64,000 nt of DNA, taken from contig NMRA01000760.1 in the NCBI GenBank assembly GCA_002633005.1, forward strand, positions 92,100 to 156,099, given 5' to 3'. Both the position numbers and the translations under genes were made by a program. This DNA comes from Phoronis australis. Its lineage: Eukaryota; Animalia; Phoronida. Positions within the stretch are counted from its first letter, which is position 1. Each line of letters opens with the position of its first letter. Of the stretch, positions 24,801 through 39,800 are shown piece after piece. Below the pieces are notes generated by a model that was not told the origin of the DNA, did no database searches, and saw only the letters and a list, made by a program, of their open reading frames with translations.

Positions 24801-27800
24801 TGTCTTATACGGATGCCCTTGAAATTTTGAGTCTCTGATACTTAAACTTATGTGAATCTTATACCGGCGTGGAAAAATGAACAGATCGCAAACATTTTAA
24901 GTCCGGTCTGCACGTCACCTATTGGCCACATCACGTGACCTAATGAACATAAGTTCGAAAAGACTTCTGCCCGAGTCCTGGTCGGGGGCAGAAATCTTTT
25001 CGAACTTATGTTCATAAGGTCACGTGATGTGACCAGTGAGTGGCATGCAGACCAGACGTAAAAAGTTTGTGAGTTGTTCAAATATATTGAGTGCTACAAC
25101 GTACAGTAAGTCTAGTTATCACTGTTTCGCTAATTCACACACTGCCAGGCTTGATTACTAACTTCTTCAAGAGCTACGTAGTTACTGGACATTCCATACT
25201 GTCACATAAGCCACCGGCTAATGTTATTAATTCAGTTCATTTCAAAGTGTTGTGCTGTATTCGTATCTATTATATTTTTACTCATATCACGTGCTCTTTA
25301 GGTACTCGACATTTCGTTGCGCCGATCGCAGTTGTCTACTTGCCTCGACTAGACCTTGTATGATTCGGACAAACATGACCATTCCATAATGGACTTTAGC
25401 AGCCGGAGGGATGAATAAATTTAACACGGAAGATGTGCATATTGCGCCCCCAAATATCCTGAAAATAAAAGTTAATGTCTTGGATAAAATGCACGGGGAC
25501 TCATCGATTACAAATATACGTGACGACGATACAACGTTTTTGGAGTTCTCTGATGACCTTGGCGATCACCCTGTTGCAGCGGCGGTAGTTATGGTATGGA
25601 GGTAGTGTTGATGACGCCACCACCGCCGCCGACAAAGATTACGGCATCATGATGATGATGATGATGATGATGATGATAATGATGATGATGATGACGATAA
25701 TTATGCAAAAGCGGTGTTTTGTTGTTGTTGTTGTTGTTGTTGTTGGTGATGGTGGCGATAGTACTGGTAGTGTTGGTGGTGGTGTTACTGGTGGTGTAGG
25801 TGGTGATAGATGGAGGTGGTGATAATTATGATATGATGCAGTGGCAATGATAGTGGTGAGGACGGTAGTTGGGGGTGGTGATGATGATGGTGGTGGTGGT
25901 GGTGGTTGCAGTGGGTGATGGTAACGTTGTCAATGACATTGATGGTGATACGATGTAAGGGAATTTATATGTTTTCACAAAAGTGAGACGTTAGCTTACC
26001 AATTGGCAGGCAGACGCGACGCCAAGTAACCGCCGGGAATTTGTGTCACAAGGTAACCCCAGAAGAAAGAACTGTCCACCAAGCTGATGATTTGAGGAGT
26101 CCAGTTAAATTCAGGCCGCTGAAAAGTAAGATTGATACCAAGATGGCAACACAAACATTGTTGGTTGAAAAATAATGCAGGCTGAATTTCAATATGTAGC
26201 CCTACCACTGTATATACCCAGAGGCGGATCTACAAGGGGGTTCAGGGGTTCAAACTCCCCCTCTCGAGACAGGATCAAAAATAAAAATTGAAAAAAATTC
26301 GCCAGAAAAACGAAATCAGCTACTAAAAACCACAAAACATTTTACACTAGAGGGGGAAACCAACTCCCGACCTTCCTTCAGCTCGGCTCTACGCGCCTCG
26401 GTTTCGCTCGAATCCTAACCCCCCCGCCCCCTTGCTGAAAACGTAGTTCTGCCACTGATACCGACAGGTTTCCTTCAGTATGTAGCCCTAACACTGTACA
26501 TAGCGACAGGTTTCCTTCAAGATGTAGCCCTAACACTGTATATAGCGACAGGTTGCCTTCAAGATGTAGCCCTAACACTGTATATAGCGACAGGTTGCCT
26601 TCAAGATGTAGCCCTAACACTGTATATAGCGACAGGTTTCCTTCCATTCTTGACCGTAGTCACAGCTAGATGTATAAACTTAAATCGACGATCAATGTGA
26701 AAAGTTACATGTAAGTTAATGTTAGTTCATTTGCGCTATTTTTCTGTTAATTCCAACCGTTTAATATGTTCACAAATTTGTTGTCGATATTTTTATGCCT
26801 ATCAATATTTTTAACTATGGTGTTGGTTTTCGCCCCTAAATGCCAGTTAGCTACTATCGTAATTAAGAAGTGATGCATACTAATTTGACGTGGCTGTGAG
26901 TGCGAGTGTTTTTTCATCTATCATTCATGTTCATACGAACGTAGCAACAGGATCACCTCGGGTAGTTTCGACCTCAATTTTCCCCTCGGAGTTGAACGTT
27001 ATCTTTGCGTGTGCGAATTCCAGTTATACGGCCAATCATTCTCCAGTTTGAAAGTCACATGACTTACCGTATTACGACCTTCTGCACATGCGCGTTCACC
27101 TAAGAGGGAAAATTTGAGTCTACGAAAATACTCGAGGTGTATGTCCAACGCAAGTATTGTTTTAACTTACATGTTAAGACAAGCAAATTGACGAATATAA
27201 TATCGAGTGACTTTGATTTGACTTGCAAAATGATTTTAACTTAGTTTGTGAAATTGCTCCGAACATGAAAATTAGTTCTGTAATTTATCCGAAATTTTGT
27301 GTTTTTATTGATGAACAGGAGCCTTGATTTACTGGCATAAATGACAAATATAAAACTGGTAAGCGTTGCATAACATTTGAGGAATAACGAAAGTATTTTT
27401 TCAAACTCAGGAGATTAAAATCGATTCCACTAACAATGTATTTGTCCTGGAGTCACTTTATAATTAAAGTGAAACGAATATCTTGGCTAAGTGGTACTCG
27501 ATGTAGTTTCCTGGTTGTACGAGGCGCCGACAAACAGGCAGACGTAAATTAAACATGGACAATATCATAATTTGATTCATCGCCACAGCGCATCTCGAAT
27601 CTTCAAATCCATCCCAAATCACCGAGTCAACGACTGTTTTATAATCCGAATCAAATCTAAGCATGGTTCACTCATGAGAACATGAATTATGGATGATATC
27701 ACTGGCTGAAATATTAAACAGACCCAGTTGACAACTCATCGCGTGAGACAAACCATTCCAGATCGATTGGTACGGGTGAACCAATGTCACTTGTCAAACA

Positions 27801-30800
27801 ACCACGTAGATAGACAGCTTGACCAAATTCTTTGTAAAAAGTTGAAGATTGCTTTCTGATAACCCCCCTGGGCGCATTGTTGAACATGTACATATAAGCA
27901 AATTTAACTGAAAAGCATTTTCCGTCAAGCGACAAGAAGGCTGTAGTAGCAACGAGTAGATTCAAAAATCCATTGATCGCTTTGTACACAAGTATTAAGT
28001 ATTAAAACAAAATCGCTATGCCAAAACACAGTTCTGTTTAGATTCAAAATTAACCATCTTAAAAACATTAGAATTCAATACACTAAGATTATGCTGGACC
28101 CGCCGCTTATCGACAAGTCAGGATATGAAATCAAATATCTTCGAAACAGTGAATTTTAAGTTAGAAAAGGGATTCATTTAATGAAATAGGACATCCGGTA
28201 GTATTTGATTATTATCTTTACGTTAATGTCTTATTAATTGGGTCTCATGCAATTTCGCAAAAAAATGTGCGTTCATAGCAAAATAACGGTAAAATTACGA
28301 AAACGTCACATCACTTCCACGAAACAATAATGAAGGATATAATATCAACCTTCCGATCCCTGTAGGAATCTGTGACATGTACATGTAGAAATATTGTTAA
28401 ATAGCACAGGGCAGTGTAGGAATTCCTACAAAGCGTGACAATGTAAGAATCTTTGTAGGCGTGAATGTTTTGCCGCTTTAGTCGTTTTTATAAGCGCGAA
28501 TTCAATCATGATTGCTGTAGGCCTAGATCATAGACTGCCTGATACATGGCAGAACTCAAATCGTAGTTTGACGTTCCGGAACCCATGCAACAGCATCGAA
28601 TTATTTTTTAATAATAAAATAACATAGATTGTTGCGCTATTCTGTGCGATGTAGGAATATTCCATCTACATCGCTCAGATGGTTCGGAATATCATCGTGC
28701 TCCTTTATACAGCAATGCAAGTCGCACATTTTCCCTGTTAAAGAGTTCAGGCGATTTCCCATTATGAAATACGACGGGATATGTAGTCAGTAAAAAGTGT
28801 CTTGGCAAACACCATAAAGGCTAGAAACAAAGCAGCCACGCAGTCGTTTCTTGAATGTCAATGACAATTCGCGACCGCAGTCACTATCACTTATCACACA
28901 CAACCAAGATCAGTTTCACTTATGGCCATTATTTCTCACTTAGTCATATTTTACTGAATCGACTCGCTGGGATCTCGAGAGCTTCGTCCTCCAAACTCTT
29001 GAACGGATGAAACCCTTTATTGTCTCATTTACGTCAATTTTCGGTTATTTATCTCCAAACAAGCTTTCAAGTACTTGCTCTGCCTCGTGTTCTATTTGAT
29101 AAGTATGGATTAAGACAACCTAATTAAGACGAAGCCATTATTCAATTTAGAATATTAAGTGACAGGTCTGATATCCAGCGGATATCTTGAATGCCACTTT
29201 TCTCAGATTCCTATATTCCGCGTTCGCAACATGAAGACCACTATTGAAAATGTACGGGTGGAAAAGAGAATTATACGTGCCTACGTTTCCCGGCTTGTAG
29301 TGGCACCCAGAGGATACAGAATAGGGTATTTTGTGCACTCCAGTAGTGCCAAGGAAACGACGCCGCTTGACAAGAGTGTCTTTTTGCCACAGCCTGTTCA
29401 AATTCCAGTTTTACATTACACGAAATCAAAAAACAACGTAAATGTATTTCTGTCAAAAGGTGTCGCTGCCGGAACGGGGCCTACAGCTCGCGCAATGTTT
29501 AAAATCGACAATCCTGTGGCTAACTGAACGGAACTGGCCGCCCTGGGAATTGTATCCCTGAATCTACTTGTGAGTGACCGCTAATTTGAACTCAAAGAGA
29601 TTAATACACAGAATATACGTAAAATAGGTTACACCAGAAAATCCTGTTGTCAGACTAGAATCAATATACACTGTATAGAAGGAAGTCGAAATGTGACCTT
29701 AGAACCGTGTCACCCTGAACGCATTTACGATCAGTAATTGCCTATCATTGGTCCTAATCACAATGTTATTACGGAAAAAATAACAATGATCATTTTCCTA
29801 ATTTAGGCAGTATTCAAGAATGCACGTAAGCGCATCATCACATTAGGCGAAAGGAATCACGTGGCCGCAAAAAGTTATTGTCTGAGACAGCCCCATAATG
29901 CAATTTGTTCTCCTTTGGGAAAAACAGCTAATCAGACCAAAACGTGATTTTATTTACAATTTCGGAACACTCGGAATACTTGGATATCATGTCTACTTTG
30001 AAGTTCAGTAGGAATGCAAGCTAACTTGCCAGGCTCTGGCTGCAAATGCATTTGCCAAGTTTACTTATTGGGTTCTTAACTATGACAATACAACGCGCCA
30101 TGTATTCCCACCGTTTTTCAGTAGTCAAAAGCATACAAATGCCAACAAACGAACACTCTTTTTCTATTTACGTTCACAGGTGTCACTTCTGCAGGGGTGT
30201 AGCCTGCGTTCCAAGGTTTCAATATTTTGTGATTAATAGTCGGCATAGTCTAAGTGAAATATGGAAAATGTCACTACACGTCATACAGTACAAAAATATG
30301 AATAGAGTTGCTCTATTAAACTTTATAACTTTCATTATAAACTAAGTAACGAAATGAGTCTCATCGTATTTAAAACTGCATAACTAGGCCAATAGATTAC
30401 ACAATAGCAAGTCCTCAAAGGGAAAATCGATGGAAACTCAGTGATTATTTTCTATTTCGCTTACTAAAATCAGAGTATGTTAATCCGGTCGCGATCCCAT
30501 CCTACTATAATCTCGTTATGGTTTGTCTACAGAAACATGAAAACCTTTACGTAGTTCCCTTGCAGAAAACTCGATTGAGTTAATGCACTTTTTGGCTCGA
30601 AGACATAATTTCGATAAAAGTGAACAAGTGTCGTTGACATGCAGTGGGATGATTTTGATGAGAAAAACAATTCACAAGACCATGACCATAAATTATCTTA
30701 CATTGGCCGTTGGTGTTATACCAGAGATTTTATAATTGCTCACAAAGGTAAATATAATATTTGAAGCTATACTAAACGCTGTTTGGGTACTATAAAAATT

Positions 30801-33800
30801 ATGTTGGGACATCCCATTTCAAGAAATGGCCAGTGTTACATAGAAAGTGCAGTTAATCAAATAAGAGCTCACAATTACGCTAAACTGGTAGAAAATAAAC
30901 ATTGGTGACACGGGTGGATCCAGGATTCTGAGGTTAGGAGGGGCCAGGGCAGAGTATTATCCAGGATTTTGCCCGTCAGATATTCGCACTCCCGAACTGC
31001 CAAATGGAATCTGGGAGGATTTTAGGGGGGGGGGGGCATTGCCCTCTTGGCCGCCCTCTAAATCCGCCACTGGGTGAGTACAGAAATACGCACGCGATTC
31101 AGGGATTTTAGTTGAGCCCCTATTTAGGTCAGTCTTGTGCAATTGGTCAAAGAGGGGTATCACAATACCAATTAAGGAGAACTCGCATTGCATGCGGGGA
31201 CAAAACCGAAAAAGTAAACAGCGCTTAATATTAAATTCGAAATTAAAAAGAGAAATACTTTAACCTATACGAATATTCTCAATTTTCATGAAATATCAAT
31301 TTCACACACTGTCAACGAAATACTTTGAAGGATACAAATTTTAGCTGTTAACACGGTTTAACTCGCTTTAATTGGAAGACTGTATTTTGAATATTCAAAG
31401 ATATCGAAAGTCAACCGTTGAGAGAAAACTGTTGAGCATAAACATAGATCAGAGAAGCACACATGTATGTGTACCAAACGCACGTGTGAGAAGTAGTAGA
31501 AACATCCAGATTCGGGCAAAAACAGTGAAAAATGCGGGAAAGTTGGGAAAATGGAGAAAAACAGAGCAAAAATATGTTACCCCGAAGCAGCAACAAAGTC
31601 TAAATACGTTTGTGCTGAGCAGCTCTGCAAACGAGCGTAACACTCCAGTTTTGTCAATAGCCTATCTTCATCAAAAAGACACCGCTTGGCTTACAACGAT
31701 GACAATTGGCGCAACAAAATAGATATAATCCCACAAGAATGTGTTTTTGTTTGCAAAAATTGATATAGAACAGTTTCATAATCGTAACACATTGGGTGAA
31801 TATTCGTGTTTATTGAACCGATGACATAAGTTTGTGGAGTATCCAATGACGAAGTGAAAATGAGGCTAATATGTGTAGGTAGCCGACAAGCGCGATGACT
31901 AAGCCGTCAGACATGGTTCTCTGCACTAAACGCCAGGAGCCACAGTGGTATTATTTTTCATCACTTTCTACTAGAAGAGAAAAAGGACTGAGACAATGAT
32001 CATATGACACGGTGCAGAAGACCACAGGCCTAGGCAGGCCTACTTTTAACTCTTTCGACCACTGACAACGAATATAGATTTGCTTTAGCTGAGTGTTTTG
32101 AAGCGTCCAGCTAGCATAACAGTAGACTCATCGTTCTGAGTTTTTTTCTTTCATTCAAAATATTTAGTAGTACATAATGCAACTATCTTAAAGCTTCTTA
32201 CAGAAGTCAGGCGTTTATTAATTTCACTTTTAATATCTACATAACCGCCGTTTTTTTTCCGAAACCTAGCATCTATTGCTTAGCCAAAAAATACAACAAA
32301 TAGATCCAAAATTTATTAATATTATCGAATCTTTCGAATTCCCCGGCTTCTATTGGAAAACTGCCTTCTATTAGTAATTTTACGTTTCTAATGGCACGTC
32401 AGGAGATCGTTGGGGTTACCACGCGCACGGTTTTATGACGTTTGCCAGCGGCGAAATAATTATGATATTAACGAAGATAAAGAGATTTGTCTACTGTATG
32501 CTTATCACAACGTACATGTACATGTGTAAGAATTATTGCAGGCGTGTACATACTTAATGTAAATCTCAACCGGAAATTTATTCAATTAAACCGGTGTATG
32601 TTTCTTTAAATCCTACCTTTTCTTTTATTCCCAACATCTCGTCTCTGTGCGTGGTTTGGTTGTTAGTCATATCCAACACGGCTACACCAACGTTACACCT
32701 TATACCAAAACTGATTAGGAAACCAACGCTACCAAGGCAAGCAATAAGGTATCTTTGAGCGCACTGACAGGGACATCCGGGACATCGTGGACAACGTGGG
32801 AAACATGATCGCAGCCCTTTCGAGCCACTCTCGTCGAACCCCTGTTCCACTGCTTCTTCGACTGTATACTCCTCGTCCAGTTCATCGTAGCGAACGAAAC
32901 TCTTCTCTTCGTCACTTCTTCTAAGGAAGCTAAAATGAACAAAATGAACAGGTGTTCAGCAATAGTTATATTTGCACTCATTGATAATGACATTAGTGCT
33001 AGGTCGTCACCGAATATCCCAAAGGACTATTAAGGAACTCGTTACTTTTTCCTGTAACGAAACTGGAAATAAATTAATGAAAGCCTGTTAAACTTATTAC
33101 GATTGCATTACGACTATGAAAATGAACAAAATATGAACACACGTTCAGTTTGTTAGAATGCATTTTGCGGGTGTTATGACATTTGTACAGGTCCGTGACC
33201 GTGTATTAAAACAGACTGTAACGGAACCACTGAAGAACCTCCTTTGGAAGTAATTATACTTTGTATTCAACCAGTGCATGAATGGTCCAGATAGCTAACG
33301 CACAGCTTAGTCGCAAATGCCAACCTGTATTTTAGAAACGTTTGCAAAAGCATAAAGTTCTGTTTCTCGTGAAACAGAACATTTTTCTTACACTGTATAA
33401 ATCACAATCTATAACATCATGCTACGTGTACCTTTCAGTCAGTAGTACCTGTGGACTTATGTTTATACACACTTTTTCAAGACCATCATGTTTACAATAC
33501 AGAGACTGGTCCGTTTTTGGTATAGAGGAACAGACATACAAATGCCTGTGCACGTGCAACAGTCTAGTTCGGTTTCAAAAATGAGTTGAATTGCACACAA
33601 TATACGGAATTCGATGCAAGATATCAGTTCATTACTTAACACTTTCGTACGCGCCAAATTACGTGAGTGTGCAAAATGTCTAGTTGGTTTAAATTAAGGT
33701 GATGCAGGACCCAGGAAAAATGGTCAATTTTGGCTGACTTCGGAACATCATATCTCAGTAAAAGATTCGCATGAAACTGTTAGATACTATGCTTTGAAAA

Positions 33801-36800
33801 TTGTTCTTCAAAACACTGTTAGGAATGTTCCACTTCAAAACACTGTTAGGAATGTTCCACTTCAAAACACTGTTAGGAATGTTCCACTTCAAAACACTGT
33901 TAGGAATGTTCCACTTCTGCTTTGTGAGAATCAAAAGGACTTACGTTATTTTTGTGTAAAATATTAATCTGCATCATGAAAATGACACGATCCCTTAAAA
34001 AGCCGTAACAGCTTTTTTGAGATTTTATCTTGAACGTTTATATCATAAGACATTTTTTGTAATATTGATCACGTTGTTTTGCTAGGAATGTATCTTTATT
34101 TTTTGCTAAACTTTTCCATTTGGTCACGTGATCTAATTAGTGTCAGAATGGCACAAATTTTCGAGAATTCATACTTTCAGAAAAAAAGTACTTTTACTGA
34201 GTTGAATTATACTGTTTTGTAGATAATTAGGTAAACGTACAGACTTGTTGATAAGGTCCAAGATAGCCTCAAGCTTGTCACAGATCGATTTTAAGGCAAA
34301 TCAATATATGTGTCAGTTTCCAGTTTCAAGACTCAGTTTTAACTGAATTATGAAAAAAAAATACATGTGCCAGTTTTCAGCTCAAAAGCACAACTCAAAA
34401 TGAATTGAATTGAAGAGTTGATAAATACATCGTAGATGATCTTCAGCGTAAAATCAAAACAAGGACAATTTCGGAATCATATCCACGTTTAAATTTACAA
34501 TACTCTTGTTCATGTAAAATGTACTTCAGAAGTGATGACACATATAGTGGCCGGCTATGTCATCTCCTTTCACGACGATCACGTTTGCTTAGACATAAAA
34601 ACCTCCGCGGGATGTTTTCACTGCTACCTAGACATTTTGGCCACACTTAACACATTCAGTAGTTTACCAGCACGTGAATACTATCACGTTTTGATGCAAC
34701 CTGTATTTATTTGAAATAATTGATTTCGCCTACGGGTTATAAATTGACTGACTTTGTCATCTGAACAGTCAACTAAGTGAAGAATAATACTTGTATAATA
34801 TTTGTAACGTGCAATTTATTTATGCTGTCTGTTTTGACAATGAATGTTGAACCCCCTGGATAGTGTGCGTGATCATTAGTTAGTTAGTGCACAGCCAGCT
34901 AATTATTGTAACTGCTGTATTGGCTTATTAACTAACGGGTTATAGATCGCACGAACCAGTGTGACAATTAACGTGATTCACTGTGCACGTAGGCTATTTT
35001 AAGATTATGTAGAACCATAGAAGAATGTCCAAAATGGATGATCGGATTCACTTTCACATAGCACGCCTTATACACTGCTCTCTAAAACTCTAAAAGTGGT
35101 TTTTAAATATTCCACTTTTCCATGAGGGGCTATCAAAAATAGGACTTATATATTTTTTTCTGAAACATTTGCATAAAACAAAAATGATAATTTAGAAATC
35201 TGAAAAAGTATTTTTGAGATTTTACTTTGCCGATTTATACAAATATATTGTCATTTGATTGACCATGTTATTGAGCGAGAATTTTACCGTTTTTCCTAAA
35301 AAGCAAGGCCTCGTGACCTGATTAGAAGCAGATTGGTATAAAGTCAAAAATCTAATTTTATGGAATTTCTACTTGCAGAAAATAACTACTGTTGCTGAGT
35401 TAAATTCTATTGTTTATAGGCACTTAGTTAAATGTACAGACTTGTCGATAAAATCATGCAAAGGCTTAATGAATCCTGTACAGCAGTATTATGTCAAAAC
35501 TCTCCATGTATATGCACTATGTAAGAGTTACGTAATATTCTCGTGCATCTCAGTGTCAGCTTTTGCACATTTTCTTCTACCAAAACAACTTTTACTGAGC
35601 AATCTTTTATGGAAGAATGGGCTTGGACAAAATATGGAATAAACGCAAAGGAAAAGACAATAGTTCTGCCGGATCATGTTCGAGTATATACAAATATCTA
35701 CAAAGGTCAAACGTTTCGATGACATTTCAGTAGGGCACTACAGGAACTTTTCAAAACATAAAATACCTTTACATGTCAGCAAAATTCAGCAATTCAAAAA
35801 CTCCGAGTTGACCAAATTAATAAAACGTGTTATTCTGACACGGCGTACGGAACCTTCACATTATGTAGTCACGTTTACGAACAATGCAGCGGTTTATTGG
35901 ACCGGGAAAGGATGGTGAGTACTAATGAGTGAAACGCATTATTTTGCTGTTGAATCGTGCTTTGCTGTGTCAGTTCTTGATTATAATTTCACTTATTTTT
36001 TGTGGCTTACTGGCAATTTCCGACTATGAGCACGTACAATGTATGTCGGTAATAAAATATACGACTAGGCGTATATTTATGGCAGCAGAAAGAGAGAATT
36101 CACAACAGCGACGTGGTGGTCGATCACGTCGACATGGTGACCGACAAGGTCGATAATTTCGACCATGACTGTAGCTTTTTATGGACAGTACCTTACATGT
36201 GCATGCCCGAGAGTATAACGCTGTTCCCCGTAGTTTTTTCAAAAATATATCGTAACAGGTACCGTTTGTTTAGTAAAAGATGGCAAAGTTACGCGTTTTC
36301 GATTGAAAATTTGATTTCATTTAGGTCTTACATCTACTTCCCTTTAAAATGGGGATTCACCAAGGCATTTTTTCCGAACTATGCGCTCCTGGCTTGTTTT
36401 TGGAATACGATCGTTACATCGCCATGCTGGGGCGGATTAACCATAAAGTTGACGAGGATGAAGCTTAGGGGTCCGGTAAGGCCCGGGACCTGGATGGACA
36501 GAGAAATTCCATGTCCAAAATTTGTGTACCTGTGACGTACTACTAAATATGATTTTCATTTCGCATCATAATAACCCAAAATTGAAGCGTTCAAATCCTC
36601 CACCAGGGGTCGCGTACTATTTTGAAAACAAGATGTTGAAATATGCTAAAACGCATCCCTGTGATTATTGCTGAATGGGATGGACTTTTTAAAGTTAAAT
36701 AGATTCGACCCGGACTATAATACAATGAAATCCGTTGTGATTTTTTGTGATTGCAATTCGACAATTCTAGCTGTCGTCAGCCAGACACTGGCTGAAATCA

Positions 36801-39800
36801 AGCCTGGTGATATTACCAGTTACATACGCTCAACATACTCCGCTGCCTAAGAATTGAAGCCTTTTCGACAACGAAAGAGGGCCTTTTCCAGTGTACATGT
36901 AATTCCCTTCAAAAGCGTTCACTTCGACAGCCACAAACTCTGTACCTCTTCTGACAACTCAATATAAAGATTAATAGAAGGATTTTTAACGTTATCTATA
37001 TTTTTAAGTTTTGGTTGTACATGTTAATGATATAATCATTTCTTAAAACTTGACATATTCGCTTGGACTACTTCAGGCTTAACGGTCACGACTTGCTACT
37101 AAAGGGTTGGGATTTATGGGACTAAACCGCCGCTAAAAAAGGCCGTGGGAGGTTTCTGGAACGTACAGAATCTTTACGAGAGGTTGGTCTTTCATGCAAG
37201 CTCCTAATAAATGGTTCCCTTAGTTCGAAGCCAATTTCTCAACATGTGGGTACCCTAAGTTTCCAACTGCGCCCCCGCCATCACTATAGTCCTTTACCTC
37301 CCCCGGGGCACCGCGTTGAACTACGAGCGATCTTGTTTCTAACTTCTGCGTAGTGCGCATGCATGCAGCAGAATACGTCATCTCCGCCTTGAATCCCATA
37401 CAGTGTATAACCAAGGTGGGGTTAGCTGGTGAAAATACTAGAGGGGTAGGATGTTTGCTAGCATGAATAACTATTGAGCAACTAAGGGTGATGAGCAGCT
37501 ACAATTGAGAGGTTATTCACTGATTTGAGCTTATGCATGCATTTTGCTACGACCGTTGAATCCTTTAATGTAGGCCTTTGTTATTGCGTGTCATAGCGAG
37601 CCTACCTCTGTAAATTTGCAACTTTTTTAGTCTAACGTTACCACCTGCCAATCCACAAAAGTTTAGTTTTGCAATGAGCTAATGGTCATCCTCTGGATTT
37701 TTGCATTCCGTTTAGAGGTTTCGAAATACGCCTAGCCAAAGAGAATATTTCTGTTTGGATGTAAATGTCGATAACTTACGGATTTTTAGACGTAAACACC
37801 AGGAGATCGTGCAGCGCTAAAATGTCTCTCTTCGCCCATGTGCCCATTGAAAAGTGAACTCGCTCAGCAGCGCCACAATACGGTTTTTATCCAAATTCCC
37901 AGTGAAATTACTACAATTTCTACAACAATCCTACATCCCCGCTGCATTACTTAAGGTTATGGATTCGCAAATGGTAATGGGATTACATTTGGGAGACAGT
38001 TCGGCTACTTATATTCCTTAAAAATCAATTTAACTCCCACGAGTTAAGTATGAACATAATTTCTGGTCACTGCATTCGAAGATTTGGACTACATCAGTGT
38101 GTACACAGTAAGCATTCCTGCCTCTTGCCAGTACAAACTGGAGTCCCTTGGTGTGCAACAGTGTGAAAGATATTTCATTAAAATTTCGATGAATAGTCCC
38201 GTGATCGTTGACAATGTCTAAATACATCAGCATAAACGCCTTGGATCGCGAATAAGGCGTAGTGCATGTCCGCACGACATTTATATCCCCCTACTTTTTG
38301 ACGAATTCTCTGAATTCGCCCATGTTCAGTGCTAGCTCATCAATAAGGACACTGTCAACGAATGGCTGTCAGTTCTTATTCCGATAAATTTAAAATGCGC
38401 TGCTTAAGCATTTAATTCTGCCAACACATTCCAATTTCTCGCATGTTAGGACGTTATCCTATTACACAGTGTACACATCATAGAATGTACAAAAACAGAT
38501 TCACTTTCGAGGGTCATAACCTAAAAATTTAGGCACGCGTGTTGAAACTTGACTCTCGAGGGACACAACCCAAAAATTAGAGTTCTTATGTTTACAAGTA
38601 ACGTAAACCACCGGGTTACTTGCATGATTAAGTGAAGCGCATTGACACGAAAATCATCGTGGCAGTGATCAAACTCCTAAGGAACGAGAGTGATACGTCT
38701 GCGATCTGTGCGGGAGCGCGTGTTATGTCGTAGGTAGAAACGTTGAAACAATAGTTGCGTAAACCAAGCGCGAATAAATAGTCACTGTGTACCAAAGTAA
38801 GAATGTTCACACCCAGAACTTGATGGAGGCGTGCACTGTGCGTAACCTTTATATGTGCCTCATCGTGCCACTGAGTCCCATTTATGTCGCGAACAGTGCG
38901 TAAATTATGCGCCAAAAATTCGCAAATGCAACGCAAGCAGATTTCCGCTGAACTGTCACATTTCCTCACGCCAAATTGGGTGTCAGTACAAGCCAAAACA
39001 CACGAAAGGCTCGCGCGCGCGAAGGGGGCCGTTTTTCGATCTATCTGTGTGTGGCGCACGTTACTTGTTTTGGTCACGTTTTCTGTCATTTTGGGCAATA
39101 ATGAGTGCCTTTTATCTCCGTAGCGAGAGTAGGGTTTCTGCAGAGGCAATTTAGGCTTTCAGGGTTTTAAAACGAAAATTGCACGCACCTGACAAATTCA
39201 CTCAATAAGCGCCACTTTTGGAGGGGTTTCACTTGCACTGGGTAGGTTTTTGTTGTCCCAAAACGATAAATTAGGATCTATTTTTGACGGCTTTTCTTCA
39301 GCGTAATGGGTACCGGGTTTTTGCGTTGTGCCCCCAAGGTTTCACTCTTCCCCGCCTGGTTTAATGTTATCGAAAGCCGCGTAGCCAATGGCCCGACGAG
39401 ACGATTAAGATATATGGTCTTGGCATAAGCACGTGAGTCAACATGCATTGCTACATGTTGGGTTAAACTTGCTCCGTGTTTACCATTTATCATTTATCAT
39501 CCGTGTCTACGATGTGGCGGAAACAACAGACAGTGTTAAAGTTCTTTTTTGTTTGTTTGGAGGTAAGTAGTGGCGAATATATAGCAGAGAATAAATGAAT
39601 TCATATCCGCAGACGGGTAAAAATATTACTTTACGTGTAATGCGTGTGTTTTTTATCTTTATGCTTCCAAACGATCGGTTATTAAGAGGCTAATTGCGAT
39701 GACGATTTGTGTCCGTGTAAACTATCAGAAATTGGGTTTATTCTCTCCTTCTTCTGTTTTTTCCATGTTTCCTCTTCGGTAGACGTACATGTGATACGTT

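Noticed and set aside
29159-29527. 122-aa plus-strand ORF as a nested gene
   Set aside because: GTG start, no recognisable domain and no splice support.
33806-33917. CRISPR-like appearance of the 27-bp repeats (and the 42-bp repeats at 26.5 kb)
   Set aside because: Contiguous tandem units with no unique spacers, no cas genes, and a eukaryotic intron context.
38628-39149. 173-aa minus-strand ORF, and the 152-aa ORF at 40623-41081
   Set aside because: No recognisable motif and overlapping ORFs on both strands; consistent with chance in less AT-rich DNA.
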